A stretch of DNA of 64,000 nucleotides from Candidatus Bathyarchaeota archaeon (GTDB lineage Archaea > Thermoproteota > CALKCG01 > B24 > DRYS01): contig JAGTQC010000004.1 in NCBI GenBank assembly GCA_018396535.1, forward strand, positions 64,001 through 128,000, read 5' to 3'. Shown in pieces: positions 1 through 8,839 of the stretch. The notes under the pieces were generated by a model. The model did no database searches and was not told where the DNA came from. It saw nothing but the letters and a program-made list of their open reading frames with translations. Every line of letters starts with the position of its first letter. The stretch's first letter is position 1. Both the position numbers and the translations under genes were made by a program.

Positions 1-257
1 ACGGGGCTATCTCCCTCTTCATCTAGCGGATCCTCAATTCCGTACGGGTCTTTAAGTTCTAGTGGGCTAGGTATACACTGCATCCATATGGGATCGCCAA
101 CCTCCTCTATGAGGTTGAAGTAGTATCTAGAAACTCTCATAGGATATACGGATACAACGGCTTTGAGAGGTTCTATATCGATCCTAAATTTCTCCGTTAT
201 CTGCTCTGGTTTAGTGATAAGGTCTTTAAGAAGGGTTCTCCAATCCTCTTCTACCAC
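1..257 (-). CDS. KamA-family radical SAM protein (lysine 2,3-aminomutase-like), 5' part; runs off window start
   Basis: Not in ORF track. Manual translation from GTG at 257 gives MVEEDWRTLLKDLITKPEQITEKF...YPMRVSRYYFNLIEEVGDPIWMQCIPSPLELKDPYGIEDPLDEEGDSP, matching the KamA N-terminal pattern (P-x-x-x-x-x-YY-x-x-LI...DPI-x-x-Q-x-x-P...DPL-x-E). Purine-rich SD-like sequence upstream. Confidence 0.8.
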   Translation of the reverse strand, partial: MVEEDWRTLLKDLITKPEQITEKFRIDIEPLKAVVSVYPMRVSRYYFNLIEEVGDPIWMQCIPSPLELKDPYGIEDPLDEEGDSP

Positions 258-589
258 TCCCCTCTCCAGCCCTCCCTCTAAAACCAAAGATCGTGATGAT
301 ACATTGTAGATATAAGCTTTTCTAAATGCTTCTAACCACTCAGGTATACTATACTAGGAGGTTGCAGGTTAGGTTAAGCTATACTGAAAACTGCTACTCT
401 ATCGCTATGTATACTTTAGGGATGTAGTTGGAAGATTTATTCAGATCGCATACTACCAGTTTCGGAAAATACACTTGTAGCTGTATAGATTTGTTGGTGT
501 ACCTCTCCTCGTATAGAGTGTATGGTTATCTAGAGAAGCTTGATGGGTTTATAGTGATCTCTAGGTGTAGGTATACTAGACTAGTAACT

Positions 590-2155
590 TTAGCCTAGGA
601 ATCTTCTAAGCATGGCTGCTTTAACCAAGTAGTCTTCGGAATCCTTCCTACCTAGAAGGAATGCTATTAGGAAGCTGTTAACTGTGTTAAGGTATAGCTT
701 ATCATCTAAGCTAGCTGCTCCAAGCTTTATACCTAGATTCTCTGCTTCAGATAGATCCTCAATATACATATCTAGTACATCGCTCGGTATACTTCTACAA
801 TACTTCTCTAGTAGATCTATATTCTCCATGTTTACGTGGCGTGCAGCATAGCTTAGATCGACGTGGATCTTAACGTATAGATCTTTCACTATATTCCACT
901 CGTATTCGTTTAGTTCGGTTAGAGATGATAAGCCTATAAACTCTGGTGGTATACCTAGACTGTAGAGTGCGGATACATATGGTATGGCTCTGGGGAGTTT
1001 AACCGGGCCTACACTCCTAGTATACCCGTATAAGCCTATATGTAGTCTTCTAGCTCTTCTAGCTGGGACCAGCGTTGCTACATCGTTTACGAGTTTAGCT
1101 AGCTTGGTAACCTCTTTCTGATATCTGCTTACTAGCTTATTTAGTATCGATACTATGTTATCCATATTCGTCTCCACATAGTCTGCTAGATCATCCAGAT
1201 AGTATGATTCATCCTTCTTGAATACCTTACCTATATACTCTATGGCTTTCGCTACGATGTTTATAGGGTGGTCATACTTGAAGGATGATTGTATGGTTAC
1301 GGTTTTGTAACCTCTATACTCTTCTAAAGCATTCTCTATATTCTGTGGTGATATATGTCCTCTAAACGGTGGAGGGCCGCCGCCTATTACAGGGTATATA
1401 TCTATCCTATACTCCTCCATAAGCCTATAAATCTTAGCTAACGCTATCTTCGCTAGTATGGTTGCCGGTATTAATCCATAGTTTAAAGCCGGATCGGATC
1501 TAGCTATGAATACTCTTAGATACTTGGGTTTTATCTTAGCGATGTAGCCTCCGACTATGGTATCTAGTTTAAGTATGCTATCCATATCCTCTAGTAGGGG
1601 TATGACCTCTATAGATTCAGGCTTCGTAGAGCCTATTATATCCGATAGGGGTGTATTATCGAATAGCTTGATAGAATTCCTACTAGCTATTAAGCTTCGA
1701 TAGGTTTCGTAGACTGTTAGGATATCTCTAGGTGATGTAGTTAGGGGTAGTATAACCTCGAATACTGGTGGGTTTTCTAAGCCGCATATGGTTTTAACGT
1801 AGTCGTAGAATCTAGGGATGGTTTCTAGACATTCTATGAAGCTCTTCCTCTCTATAGTCTCTACGAATGGGTTGGGTAGCCTATATGTTAGGAAGTATTC
1901 TTCACCGAGTTTATGTTCTGTGAAGAAGCTTTTATCGATAAATAGTAGTTTACGTACTACATGGATATCCGCATCCTTACCTTCCCAATCCCACATCTGT
2001 TCGTCTATGTTAAGTTTTCTAAAGACGTAGTATGCCTCGTATACTTCATCATCGCCATCTAGTATATCGGTACCGCGTAGCCATGGAGGTGTGAAGACGT
2101 TATCAGGATGCTGTGTAGACATAGTCGCTGGTATCTTCCTATCTATTCTAGACAA
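590..2155 (-). CDS. ppcA: Archaeal-type phosphoenolpyruvate carboxylase
   Basis: IPATMSTQHPDN, MWDWEGK, RVFIARSDPALNYG, PFRGH and LPRAI motifs; 521 aa. Confidence 0.95.
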   Translation of the reverse strand: MSRIDRKIPATMSTQHPDNVFTPPWLRGTDILDGDDEVYEAYYVFRKLNIDEQMWDWEGKDADIHVVRKLLFIDKSFFTEHKLGEEYFLTYRLPNPFVETIERKSFIECLETIPRFYDYVKTICGLENPPVFEVILPLTTSPRDILTVYETYRSLIASRNSIKLFDNTPLSDIIGSTKPESIEVIPLLEDMDSILKLDTIVGGYIAKIKPKYLRVFIARSDPALNYGLIPATILAKIALAKIYRLMEEYRIDIYPVIGGGPPPFRGHISPQNIENALEEYRGYKTVTIQSSFKYDHPINIVAKAIEYIGKVFKKDESYYLDDLADYVETNMDNIVSILNKLVSRYQKEVTKLAKLVNDVATLVPARRARRLHIGLYGYTRSVGPVKLPRAIPYVSALYSLGIPPEFIGLSSLTELNEYEWNIVKDLYVKIHVDLSYAARHVNMENIDLLEKYCRSIPSDVLDMYIEDLSEAENLGIKLGAASLDDKLYLNTVNSFLIAFLLGRKDSEDYLVKAAMLRRFLG

Positions 2156-2216
2156 TCTAACCCTCTACCAGACAAGTATAATCTTGGATATAAGGGTTAG
2201 TGTAGGAGCTCTACTG

Positions 2217-2230
2217 TTTAAATATTTAAA
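2217..2230. promoter_or_regulatory. Palindromic TATA element (TTTAAATATTTAAA), probably serving divergent ppcA and rps11
   Basis: Perfect 14-bp palindrome between the two divergent start codons. Confidence 0.5.
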
Positions 2231-2275
2231 TCTAGGGTTTCTACCTTCTTATCGGTATCTGAGGGTTGGATAGAT

Positions 2276-2686
2276 TTGAGTGGGGAATCTAAGAGGGAGG
2301 TAAAGGAGAGGTGGGGTATAGCTCACATATACAGTTCATCGAATAATACGATAGTCCATATAACAGATCTTAGTGGTAGGGAGACTATAGCTATGGGTAT
2401 AGGTGGTATGTTTGTTAAGGCTGATAGGTTAGGCGGGTCTCCGTATGCTGCTGTGAGAGCTGCTATGCATGCAGCTACGATAGCTAAGGATAAGGGTATA
2501 ACTGCTCTACATATAAAGGTTAGGGCTCCTGGTGGTGTTAAATCTAAGACTCCTGGACCTGGAGCTATGCATGCTATAAGGGTTCTAGCTAGATCGGGGT
2601 TTAAGATAGGTCGTATCGAGGATGTAACACCTATACCGCATGATGGTACTAGGCGTCCAGGAGGTAGGAGGGGTAGGAGGGTTTAG
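2276..2686 (+). CDS. rps11: 30S ribosomal protein S11 (uS11)
   Basis: [22 protein letters not shown]...[23 protein letters not shown]. Confidence 0.97.
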   Translation: MSGESKREVKERWGIAHIYSSSNNTIVHITDLSGRETIAMGIGGMFVKADRLGGSPYAAVRAAMHAATIAKDKGITALHIKVRAPGGVKSKTPGPGAMHAIRVLARSGFKIGRIEDVTPIPHDGTRRPGGRRGRRV

Positions 2687-2706
2687 TGGATCCTTTATCC
2701 TGCCTT

Positions 2707-3234
2707 TTAGGTTGCTGTAGCTAGGATCCTTCTAACCGGGTGATCTGGATTGTTATACGGGCTTTTATAGGAGTATCTTATAAGCTCCTCCTCCCCTCTC
2801 ATAACCATGTATGATGGTATTCTAACTATCTTATCCCCTACCGCTATATGTCCATGGACTATCATCTGTCTAGCCTGTATTATCGTTTTGGCAAGTCCTA
2901 GTTTATAGACTAGGGTTTGTAGTCTTCTATCGAGTAGATCTTCGACTTTAAGATCTAGGATCCTATCTAGATCTGCATCCTTTGATAGTATACCCATATC
3001 GTATAGCTTATCTATGAGTATCCTAGCCTCCCTCTCCCTCTCTTCTGGTGGTAGAGCTAGGAGGGTTCTAGCTCTATGTCTAAACTTAGATAGCATAGTC
3101 TGGTACTTCCATAGCTCCCTCTTATTCCTAAGCCCATACTCTCCTACTAGTCTAAGCTCCTCCTGTAGTCTAGCAGTATCCCATGGTCTACGTGGTGTTT
3201 CATACTTCTTCCTAGGCTTCTTAGGATCACCCAT
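2707..3234 (-). CDS. rps4: 30S ribosomal protein S4 (uS4)
   Basis: MGDPKKPRKKYETPRRPW, YGLRNKRELW, RRLQT, ARQMIVHGHI. Confidence 0.97.
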   Translation of the reverse strand: MGDPKKPRKKYETPRRPWDTARLQEELRLVGEYGLRNKRELWKYQTMLSKFRHRARTLLALPPEEREREARILIDKLYDMGILSKDADLDRILDLKVEDLLDRRLQTLVYKLGLAKTIIQARQMIVHGHIAVGDKIVRIPSYMVMRGEEELIRYSYKSPYNNPDHPVRRILATAT

Positions 3235-3237
3235 ACC

Positions 3238-3690
3238 CTACTTCTTCCTCCTAACCACACCTACAGTCCTACCCTTCCTACCAGTAGTCCTAGTCTTCTG
3301 CCCTCTAACCTTCAATCCTAAAGCGTGTCTTATACCCTTCCAGCATCTAATCTCCTTCATAAACTCTATATCCATCCTTTGTCTAAGCTCCCATTCGCCA
3401 CCGATTAGAAGCTCATCCCTCCCATTCTCAGGTGCTCTCTGCCTATTCAGTAGGAAGCCTCTTATACCGTAATCCCACGGCCTCCTGAATACATCCTCTA
3501 CTCTTTTAACTTCATCCTCGGTTAGGAAGCCTATCCTCCTATCCGGGTTTATACCTGCTACATGAGCTATAGCATAGCCTAGCCTAACACCTATACCTCT
3601 AATCGAAGCTAGGCCATACGGTACTTTAAGAGATCCATCTACATCGTGCCCAGCTATACGGATGATAGGCTTATACTCCCTACTACTCAA
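3238..3690 (-). CDS. rps13: 30S ribosomal protein S13 (uS13); start moved to TTG at 3690
   Basis: IRGIG, WKGIRHALGLKVRGQKTRTTGR; the ORF-track extension to 3738 runs over the TATA box. Confidence 0.95.
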   Translation of the reverse strand: MSSREYKPIIRIAGHDVDGSLKVPYGLASIRGIGVRLGYAIAHVAGINPDRRIGFLTEDEVKRVEDVFRRPWDYGIRGFLLNRQRAPENGRDELLIGGEWELRQRMDIEFMKEIRCWKGIRHALGLKVRGQKTRTTGRKGRTVGVVRRKK

Positions 3691-3784
3691 CCCTACATCA
3701 AACCCTATAACGCGTATATTTAAATATTCACGAAGCAAACATAAGGTTTAAAAACTAGACGATTAGAGAAAATCAAAACTTGAT

Positions 3785-3858
3785 GCCGCCGTAGCTCAGC
3801 CAGGTAGAGCAGCGGGCTGTTAACCCGTTGGTCGTCGGTTCGAATCCGACCGGCGGCG
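3785..3858 (+). tRNA. tRNA-Asn (GTT), intronless, CCA not encoded
   Basis: Cloverleaf: GCCGCCG/CGGCGGC acceptor stem, anticodon arm GCGGG-CT-GTT-AA-CCCGT, T-loop GTTCGAATC; TATA-like TTTAAAAA upstream. Confidence 0.96.
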
Positions 3859-3869
3859 TCATCTATAAT

Positions 3870-4370
3870 CTTTGAAATAGATCGTAGATTCTTCTACCCT
3901 ACTTCTTCTAAAACCTTGTATTTATCTATATGGTGGAAATGTTCATCGATTATTCTAGCTGTGGTTGATGCATATTCGTTATCGTAATCTCTACCCGGTT
4001 ATCCCTAAATCTAGATTTAGGTATGGTGGAGCCGGCTCCCCGTTTTCATAGAGGTTTGATCTTGAATCCTCTACTTATTCATGGATTTCTTTATCATCTT
4101 TATTTTTCAGAAGAGTATCTACCGTTTGTTCAAATCTTTGTATACTTCTTAGAAGGGTGGGAGAATAATGTTTGGAAGATGTATTCTTGGATACTGTATT
4201 CCTAGAGGATGCTGATGTATGAGAGGTTTAGATTTACCGGTACCTTTTCAGAAGGGTTCTTCTAGAGATTCTTAGCTAAGCTTGGTAGTGTTTTAGCTTC
4301 ATCTTCTGTTATCGGTTTGAGGTTGTAGAGGTTTACCGGTAGTTTTATAGGAATGTGGGGTTGTGTATCT
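3870..4370. pseudogene. Probable decayed gene remnants downstream of tRNA-Asn
   Basis: About 500 bp with only short, stop-interrupted protein-like fragments (minus strand e.g. PIKLPVNLYNLKPITEDEAKTLPSLAKNL* and DYDNEYASTTARIIDEHFHHIDKYKVLEEVG*); family not recognised. Confidence 0.35.
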
Positions 4371-4418
4371 ATTGGGGAGCTTTATATTGGAAGGGGTTTT
4401 GATCTAGCATGATGGAGG

Positions 4419-5357
4419 GTGTGGGGTGTCTGCTTGGTGAGGGTTAGCTTTAGGGATATAGGTTTAAGGTATACTTTAAGTCCTTATGAGAAGCCGGTAG
4501 CATATGTGAAACCTGGGGGTTTGATCGTAGTCGAGGTTGAGGATGCTTCTTCTGGGCAGATAAGGAAGCCGGGTGATGTAAGGGATAGGGGTAGGATACC
4601 CTTCGGGAATCCTCTAGTAGGGCCTATATATGTGGAGGGTGCGAAGCCTGGGGGATCCGTAATCGTGACTATAGAGGATATCAAACCGACGATAGGTCAG
4701 GGTGCGATATACTTCTCAGATTTTACTGAGAGGTATCTTACAGAGGTTCCTATACTAAGGTTTATGAGAACGGCTTTCCCGTATAGGATGAAGATATGTA
4801 GGATAGAGGGTGATACAGTCTTCTTCGATGGGTTGAAGCTTCCCTATAAGCCTATGGTTGGTACTATAGGGACGGCGCCTTATCTAGAGGTTGAGAGTGT
4901 ATCTTCAAGCCTCCTTCCAGGTAGGCATGGTGGGAATATGGATATACCAGATATCTGTCCTGGGAGTAGGGTAAGCCTCCCAGTATTCTATGAGGGGGCT
5001 CTACTCTATGTTGGGGATGTGCATGCGATACAGGGTGATGGCGAGATCTCCGGTACGGCTATAGAGATGCCTGCTGAGGTAGCTCTTAGGATCGATATCT
5101 CCGAGCAGGGTTTAAGATGGCCTAGGATAGAGAGTGGGGAGGAGATGATGTGTATCGCAACTACGGGTTCTGGAAGAAGCTTTGAGGATGCTGTAAGGAT
5201 AGCGTTTCTAGAATTAGCGTTGTGGATTGAGGAAAGGTATGGTATAGATAGGTTTGATGGATTGATGATCTGCTCCATAGCTGGGAAGATCAGGGTTGGG
5301 AATCTATGGTCTTTAGCTGCGAAGATCGAGAAGAGGTATCTAGATAGATCGTTGTAG
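4419..5357 (+). CDS. Acetamidase/formamidase family protein
   Basis: NPLVGPIYVEGAKPG, PMVGTIGTAP, GGNMD, GDVHAIQGDGEISGTAIE; true start may be a few codons downstream. Confidence 0.9.
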   Translation: MWGVCLVRVSFRDIGLRYTLSPYEKPVAYVKPGGLIVVEVEDASSGQIRKPGDVRDRGRIPFGNPLVGPIYVEGAKPGGSVIVTIEDIKPTIGQGAIYFSDFTERYLTEVPILRFMRTAFPYRMKICRIEGDTVFFDGLKLPYKPMVGTIGTAPYLEVESVSSSLLPGRHGGNMDIPDICPGSRVSLPVFYEGALLYVGDVHAIQGDGEISGTAIEMPAEVALRIDISEQGLRWPRIESGEEMMCIATTGSGRSFEDAVRIAFLELALWIEERYGIDRFDGLMICSIAGKIRVGNLWSLAAKIEKRYLDRSL

Positions 5358-5750
5358 ATACACAGTTTGTTAAGCTAGATGCAGCTCATATCTAACTATA
5401 GATCTATAACAGTGTATCCTTCCCATCATAGATTCTCTTCAACAACTCTACTCATCAGCTCTCGTAAACCTCTAATCCTTGATACCCCCACTATCAGGAA
5501 TAGGTTGTAGAGGATAACACCCCCAGTTTTCAGAAGCTTAGCATCCCTACCCTAGCAATCCTCGATCAATCCTACACACCTAGAAATCATACATAAGAAT
5601 AGCTAAGATCGCTAACATCATAGACCCCGACGATATATTCCAAACAAAATAAACACATCACATACTAGCTATGGGTAAACCCCATACCGGATATCATGGA
5701 TAAATATAGGGGGGTATAGAAATACTCAAACACCCCTAATGATAAGGCTA

Positions 5751-5825
5751 TGCTCCGGGCGGGATTTGAACCCGCGACCCCTGGCTCGAAAGGCCAGGAT
5801 ACTTACCAGGCTATACGACCGGAGC
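5751..5825 (-). tRNA. tRNA-Glu (TTC), intronless
   Basis: Reverse complement GCTCCGGTCGTATAGCCTGGTAAGTATCCTGGC-CT-TTC-GA-GCCAGGGGTCGCGGGTTCAAATCCCGCCCGGAGCA folds as a cloverleaf. Confidence 0.96.
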
Positions 5826-5898
5826 CCCCGAATGGTTCACTATTACCCTATGGCTAGATTAAAGTTTTTCTTTTCATAGCATCGTATAGATTTTAGCC

Positions 5899-6681
5899 TT
5901 GCCTATACAAGATAGGATTTACGGTGTGATACTAGCTGCTGGTAGGGGTAGGAGGCTTGCACCATACACTGATGCTGTTCCTAAGGAGCTTCTACCTATA
6001 GGTAGTAAACCTGTTATACAATACTGTGTAGAAGCTTTGAGAGATGCTGGTGTTAAACGTGTATTCATAGTTCTTAGTCAGGGTAAGGATGCTATAATAG
6101 AATATTTTAAGAATGGATCTAGATTCGATATCTATATAGCATACCTGTATCAAGATCTTGAAGCTGGGGTTGGTACAGCTAAGGCTATCGAAGCTGTTAG
6201 AGGCTGGGTTAACGGTGATTTCATAGTAATGTATGGTGATACATTCTTCCATCCATCAAGCTTCATATCATCTATGCTCGACTTCCACTATACTAGGAAA
6301 TCTAAAGCTACCATCGGGCTCTACCATATAGTAGGTGATCCTAGAAGATTCGGTGTAGTTAGGATTAACACCGATTATAGAATCCTAGAGATCGTGGAGA
6401 GGCCGTCACAGACTATGCTAGATAAGCTTATAATCGATGGTGGATACCTAGTTAATTCAGGTCCTCTAATCTTATCTCAAGATATATTCCGCTACATAGA
6501 TAGGACTGGTATCTCCCCGGATGGGGAGTATTGGATAACAGAGAGTATAAGACTTATGATAGTAGATAATCTTCCAGTCTACGGTTATAGAATACCGAGC
6601 CAGGTATTCTGGAGGGATGTGGGTACTCAGGAATCTAGACTCGAAGCTGAGAGGTATGCTTTAGAGAAGCTTAACCCTTAG
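5899..6681 (+). CDS. Sugar-phosphate nucleotidyltransferase (NTP_transferase family)
   Basis: GVILAAGRGRRLAPYT..PKELLPIG, GTAKAI, YGD, WRDVGT. Confidence 0.9.
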   Translation: MPIQDRIYGVILAAGRGRRLAPYTDAVPKELLPIGSKPVIQYCVEALRDAGVKRVFIVLSQGKDAIIEYFKNGSRFDIYIAYLYQDLEAGVGTAKAIEAVRGWVNGDFIVMYGDTFFHPSSFISSMLDFHYTRKSKATIGLYHIVGDPRRFGVVRINTDYRILEIVERPSQTMLDKLIIDGGYLVNSGPLILSQDIFRYIDRTGISPDGEYWITESIRLMIVDNLPVYGYRIPSQVFWRDVGTQESRLEAERYALEKLNP

Positions 6682-7151
6682 AGTATCTTCTCCATAACTA
6701 TGAATCTAGGTTTAAACCCAGATCTACTATAGAGCTTTATAGCTCTCCTATTCCCAACCCATACGGTTATCCTAACTCTACTATAACCTCTAGATTTAAG
6801 TCGTGATAAGCATTCCTCTAGGAGTCTCCTACCTATACCCTTACCCCTATACTCTGGTACTACATAGAGATCTGTGATAACAGCGTATCTATCCTTCTCT
6901 CTAAGCTTGAATGGGAAGCTATAACTCCTAGATGCTATAAACCCAGCTAGTATACCGTTATACTCGGCTACGAGTATACTCTCCGGATCCTCGATGTACG
7001 CTCCAACCATATACTCAACCCACATCCTTCTAGCATCATCATCTAGTATAAACTTCAGATCGCTAGCTTCGCTATCATCCATAAGCTTAACCCAAAGTTC
7101 TACTAGCTTCTCCACATCCTCTATAGATCTAGCAGGTCTAACTACTAGCAA
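6678..7151 (-). CDS. GNAT family N-acetyltransferase
   Basis: LYVVPEYRGKGIGRRLL and NRRAIKLYSRSGF motifs. Confidence 0.9.
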   Translation of the reverse strand: MLVVRPARSIEDVEKLVELWVKLMDDSEASDLKFILDDDARRMWVEYMVGAYIEDPESILVAEYNGILAGFIASRSYSFPFKLREKDRYAVITDLYVVPEYRGKGIGRRLLEECLSRLKSRGYSRVRITVWVGNRRAIKLYSRSGFKPRFIVMEKIL

Positions 7152-7157
7152 AGCAGG

Positions 7158-7715
7158 TTAGACTCCTATACCAAATACATCGTTTAAAGCTCTACTAAAC
7201 TCTACTATATCAGACTGTGTGTAAGCTACAAATACTATTTCGCTAAATCTATAACCAGAATCTAACGCTTCCTTCACAACCTCAGCCATAACCCTAACTG
7301 CATCGTATACGGGTAGCCCACCTACACCTGTACCCATACCTGGGAATGCTATCCTACCAACTCTAAGTCTATATGCAGTCTCTAAAGCAGCGGATGTAGC
7401 TCTACGTACTGCTTCTAAGCTTGTTCTCTCAGCAGGCTTCTCCATCGTCGGGGCATGTATAACGTAACGTGCTCTAAGCCTACCAGCTGAGGTAGCTATA
7501 GCTCTACCTACAGGTACTGGTGCATATCTTAGAGCCTCCCTCTCTATCTCCTCTCCCCCATACATCTTTATAACTCCAGCAACCCCCCCACCCATAATCA
7601 TCAAGCTATTAGCAGGGTTAACTATAGCATCTACATCCTCATCTACTATACTACCCATCTTCAAAGTTATCTTAACACTCCTATACTCGAAGCTCAACGG
7701 TAACCCCCAACACAT
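7158..7715 (-). CDS. Macro domain (ADP-ribose-binding/processing) protein
   Basis: DAIVNPANSLMIMGGGVAG, VIHAPT, IAFPGMGTGVGG; start probably slightly downstream of the ORF call. Confidence 0.92.
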   Translation of the reverse strand: MCWGLPLSFEYRSVKITLKMGSIVDEDVDAIVNPANSLMIMGGGVAGVIKMYGGEEIEREALRYAPVPVGRAIATSAGRLRARYVIHAPTMEKPAERTSLEAVRRATSAALETAYRLRVGRIAFPGMGTGVGGLPVYDAVRVMAEVVKEALDSGYRFSEIVFVAYTQSDIVEFSRALNDVFGIGV

Positions 7716-7741
7716 ATATCCTAGTAGAGTAGGTTTAAACG

Positions 7742-8839
7742 TTATCCAAGCTCCTCCATCCTCTCTTTCAGATAGACATCTACTATATAGCTTAGCCCAT
7801 ATCTACTAAACGCTTCCTGCTCAGCTTTACGCTTATGCTGTAGGAATACCTCTATCTCCTTAGACCATATACCAGATCGATACCTTGGATCGTTCTTCAA
7901 TTCATACAGTCTCTTGATATCTATATCCGTTAGCGGATCGCTTGGAAGCTTATACCTACCTATATCCGATGCGTATACACCAGCCCATCTAGCATCTGGT
8001 GTTGTAAGATCTGTAAGGTGAGCAGCGTTAGCTGAACCCGATATTATAACCATAGCTATATGCATACCCCATGGATCCCCATCTACAAATATATATACCG
8101 GTAGTCCTAGCTCTCTATTGAGTCTCCTTATAAGTTTACGTGTAGCTCTAGGAGGCTGACCAGCTGTATGTATGAGTATAGCTTTAAACTTCTCGTATGC
8201 TCTCTCCTCTACGAGCCTCGTGAACATAGCTCCCTTCTCTATAACTATAACCTTCTCAGCTCCGCATTCTACGAATTCAGCTGTAGATAGCGTAGGTCCT
8301 ATAACGAACCCATCTGGATGGCTTAGAAGGTTTATCCTTCTACCTTCATAACCTGGTACCGTGTACTCTATAGTTAGATCTCCGAATATGCTAGATCTCT
8401 CTTCTGGATATATATTGAAATCCTCCCTTGGGTATCCTATAACCGTCTCTAGATCTGTGACTATATCATCACTCTCATACTGATCTACGAAATCTACTTC
8501 GAAGGCTTGAGCCATGTAGAATATATCTCTGAGAGTACTAGTCTTACCTTGGCTACATAACTGATGAGCTATAGCTGCAACCCATACGAGCTGTGTTAGA
8601 GGTCTTAGATGCCTTATATTACGCGTAGTTCTCCTAACCTTATACTCTCCTAGAACGTATTGCCTAAGAATCGGATCATACCTTATATTCTTAGTAGATC
8701 TACTAGGCATAGTTATGTATGGGAATTCACCCTCCTCTATAGTATGGTAGATATCATAGCCTAGCTTCTCTAGGGATGCTAGAACATCCCTCCTCCTCTC
8801 TCTTATAGAGATCCTTCTATATCCTTCGATCCCCTCCAC
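7742..8839 (-). CDS. top6A: DNA topoisomerase VI subunit A
   Basis: STLRDIFY (catalytic Tyr), VIEK, DGDPWG TOPRIM motif, KAEQEA. Confidence 0.95.
   Translation of the reverse strand: MEGIEGYRRISIRERRRDVLASLEKLGYDIYHTIEEGEFPYITMPSRSTKNIRYDPILRQYVLGEYKVRRTTRNIRHLRPLTQLVWVAAIAHQLCSQGKTSTLRDIFYMAQAFEVDFVDQYESDDIVTDLETVIGYPREDFNIYPEERSSIFGDLTIEYTVPGYEGRRINLLSHPDGFVIGPTLSTAEFVECGAEKVIVIEKGAMFTRLVEERAYEKFKAILIHTAGQPPRATRKLIRRLNRELGLPVYIFVDGDPWGMHIAMVIISGSANAAHLTDLTTPDARWAGVYASDIGRYKLPSDPLTDIDIKRLYELKNDPRYRSGIWSKEIEVFLQHKRKAEQEAFSRYGLSYIVDVYLKERMEELG

Noticed and set aside
293-390. Box C/D sRNA starting at GTGATGA
   Set aside because: No properly spaced D'/C'/D boxes or terminal stem; overlaps the likely kamA promoter on the minus strand.
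3785-5825. Intact integrated element with att repeats, or tRNA introns
   Set aside because: No integrase or duplicated tRNA 3' end was seen; both tRNAs fold at normal length without introns.
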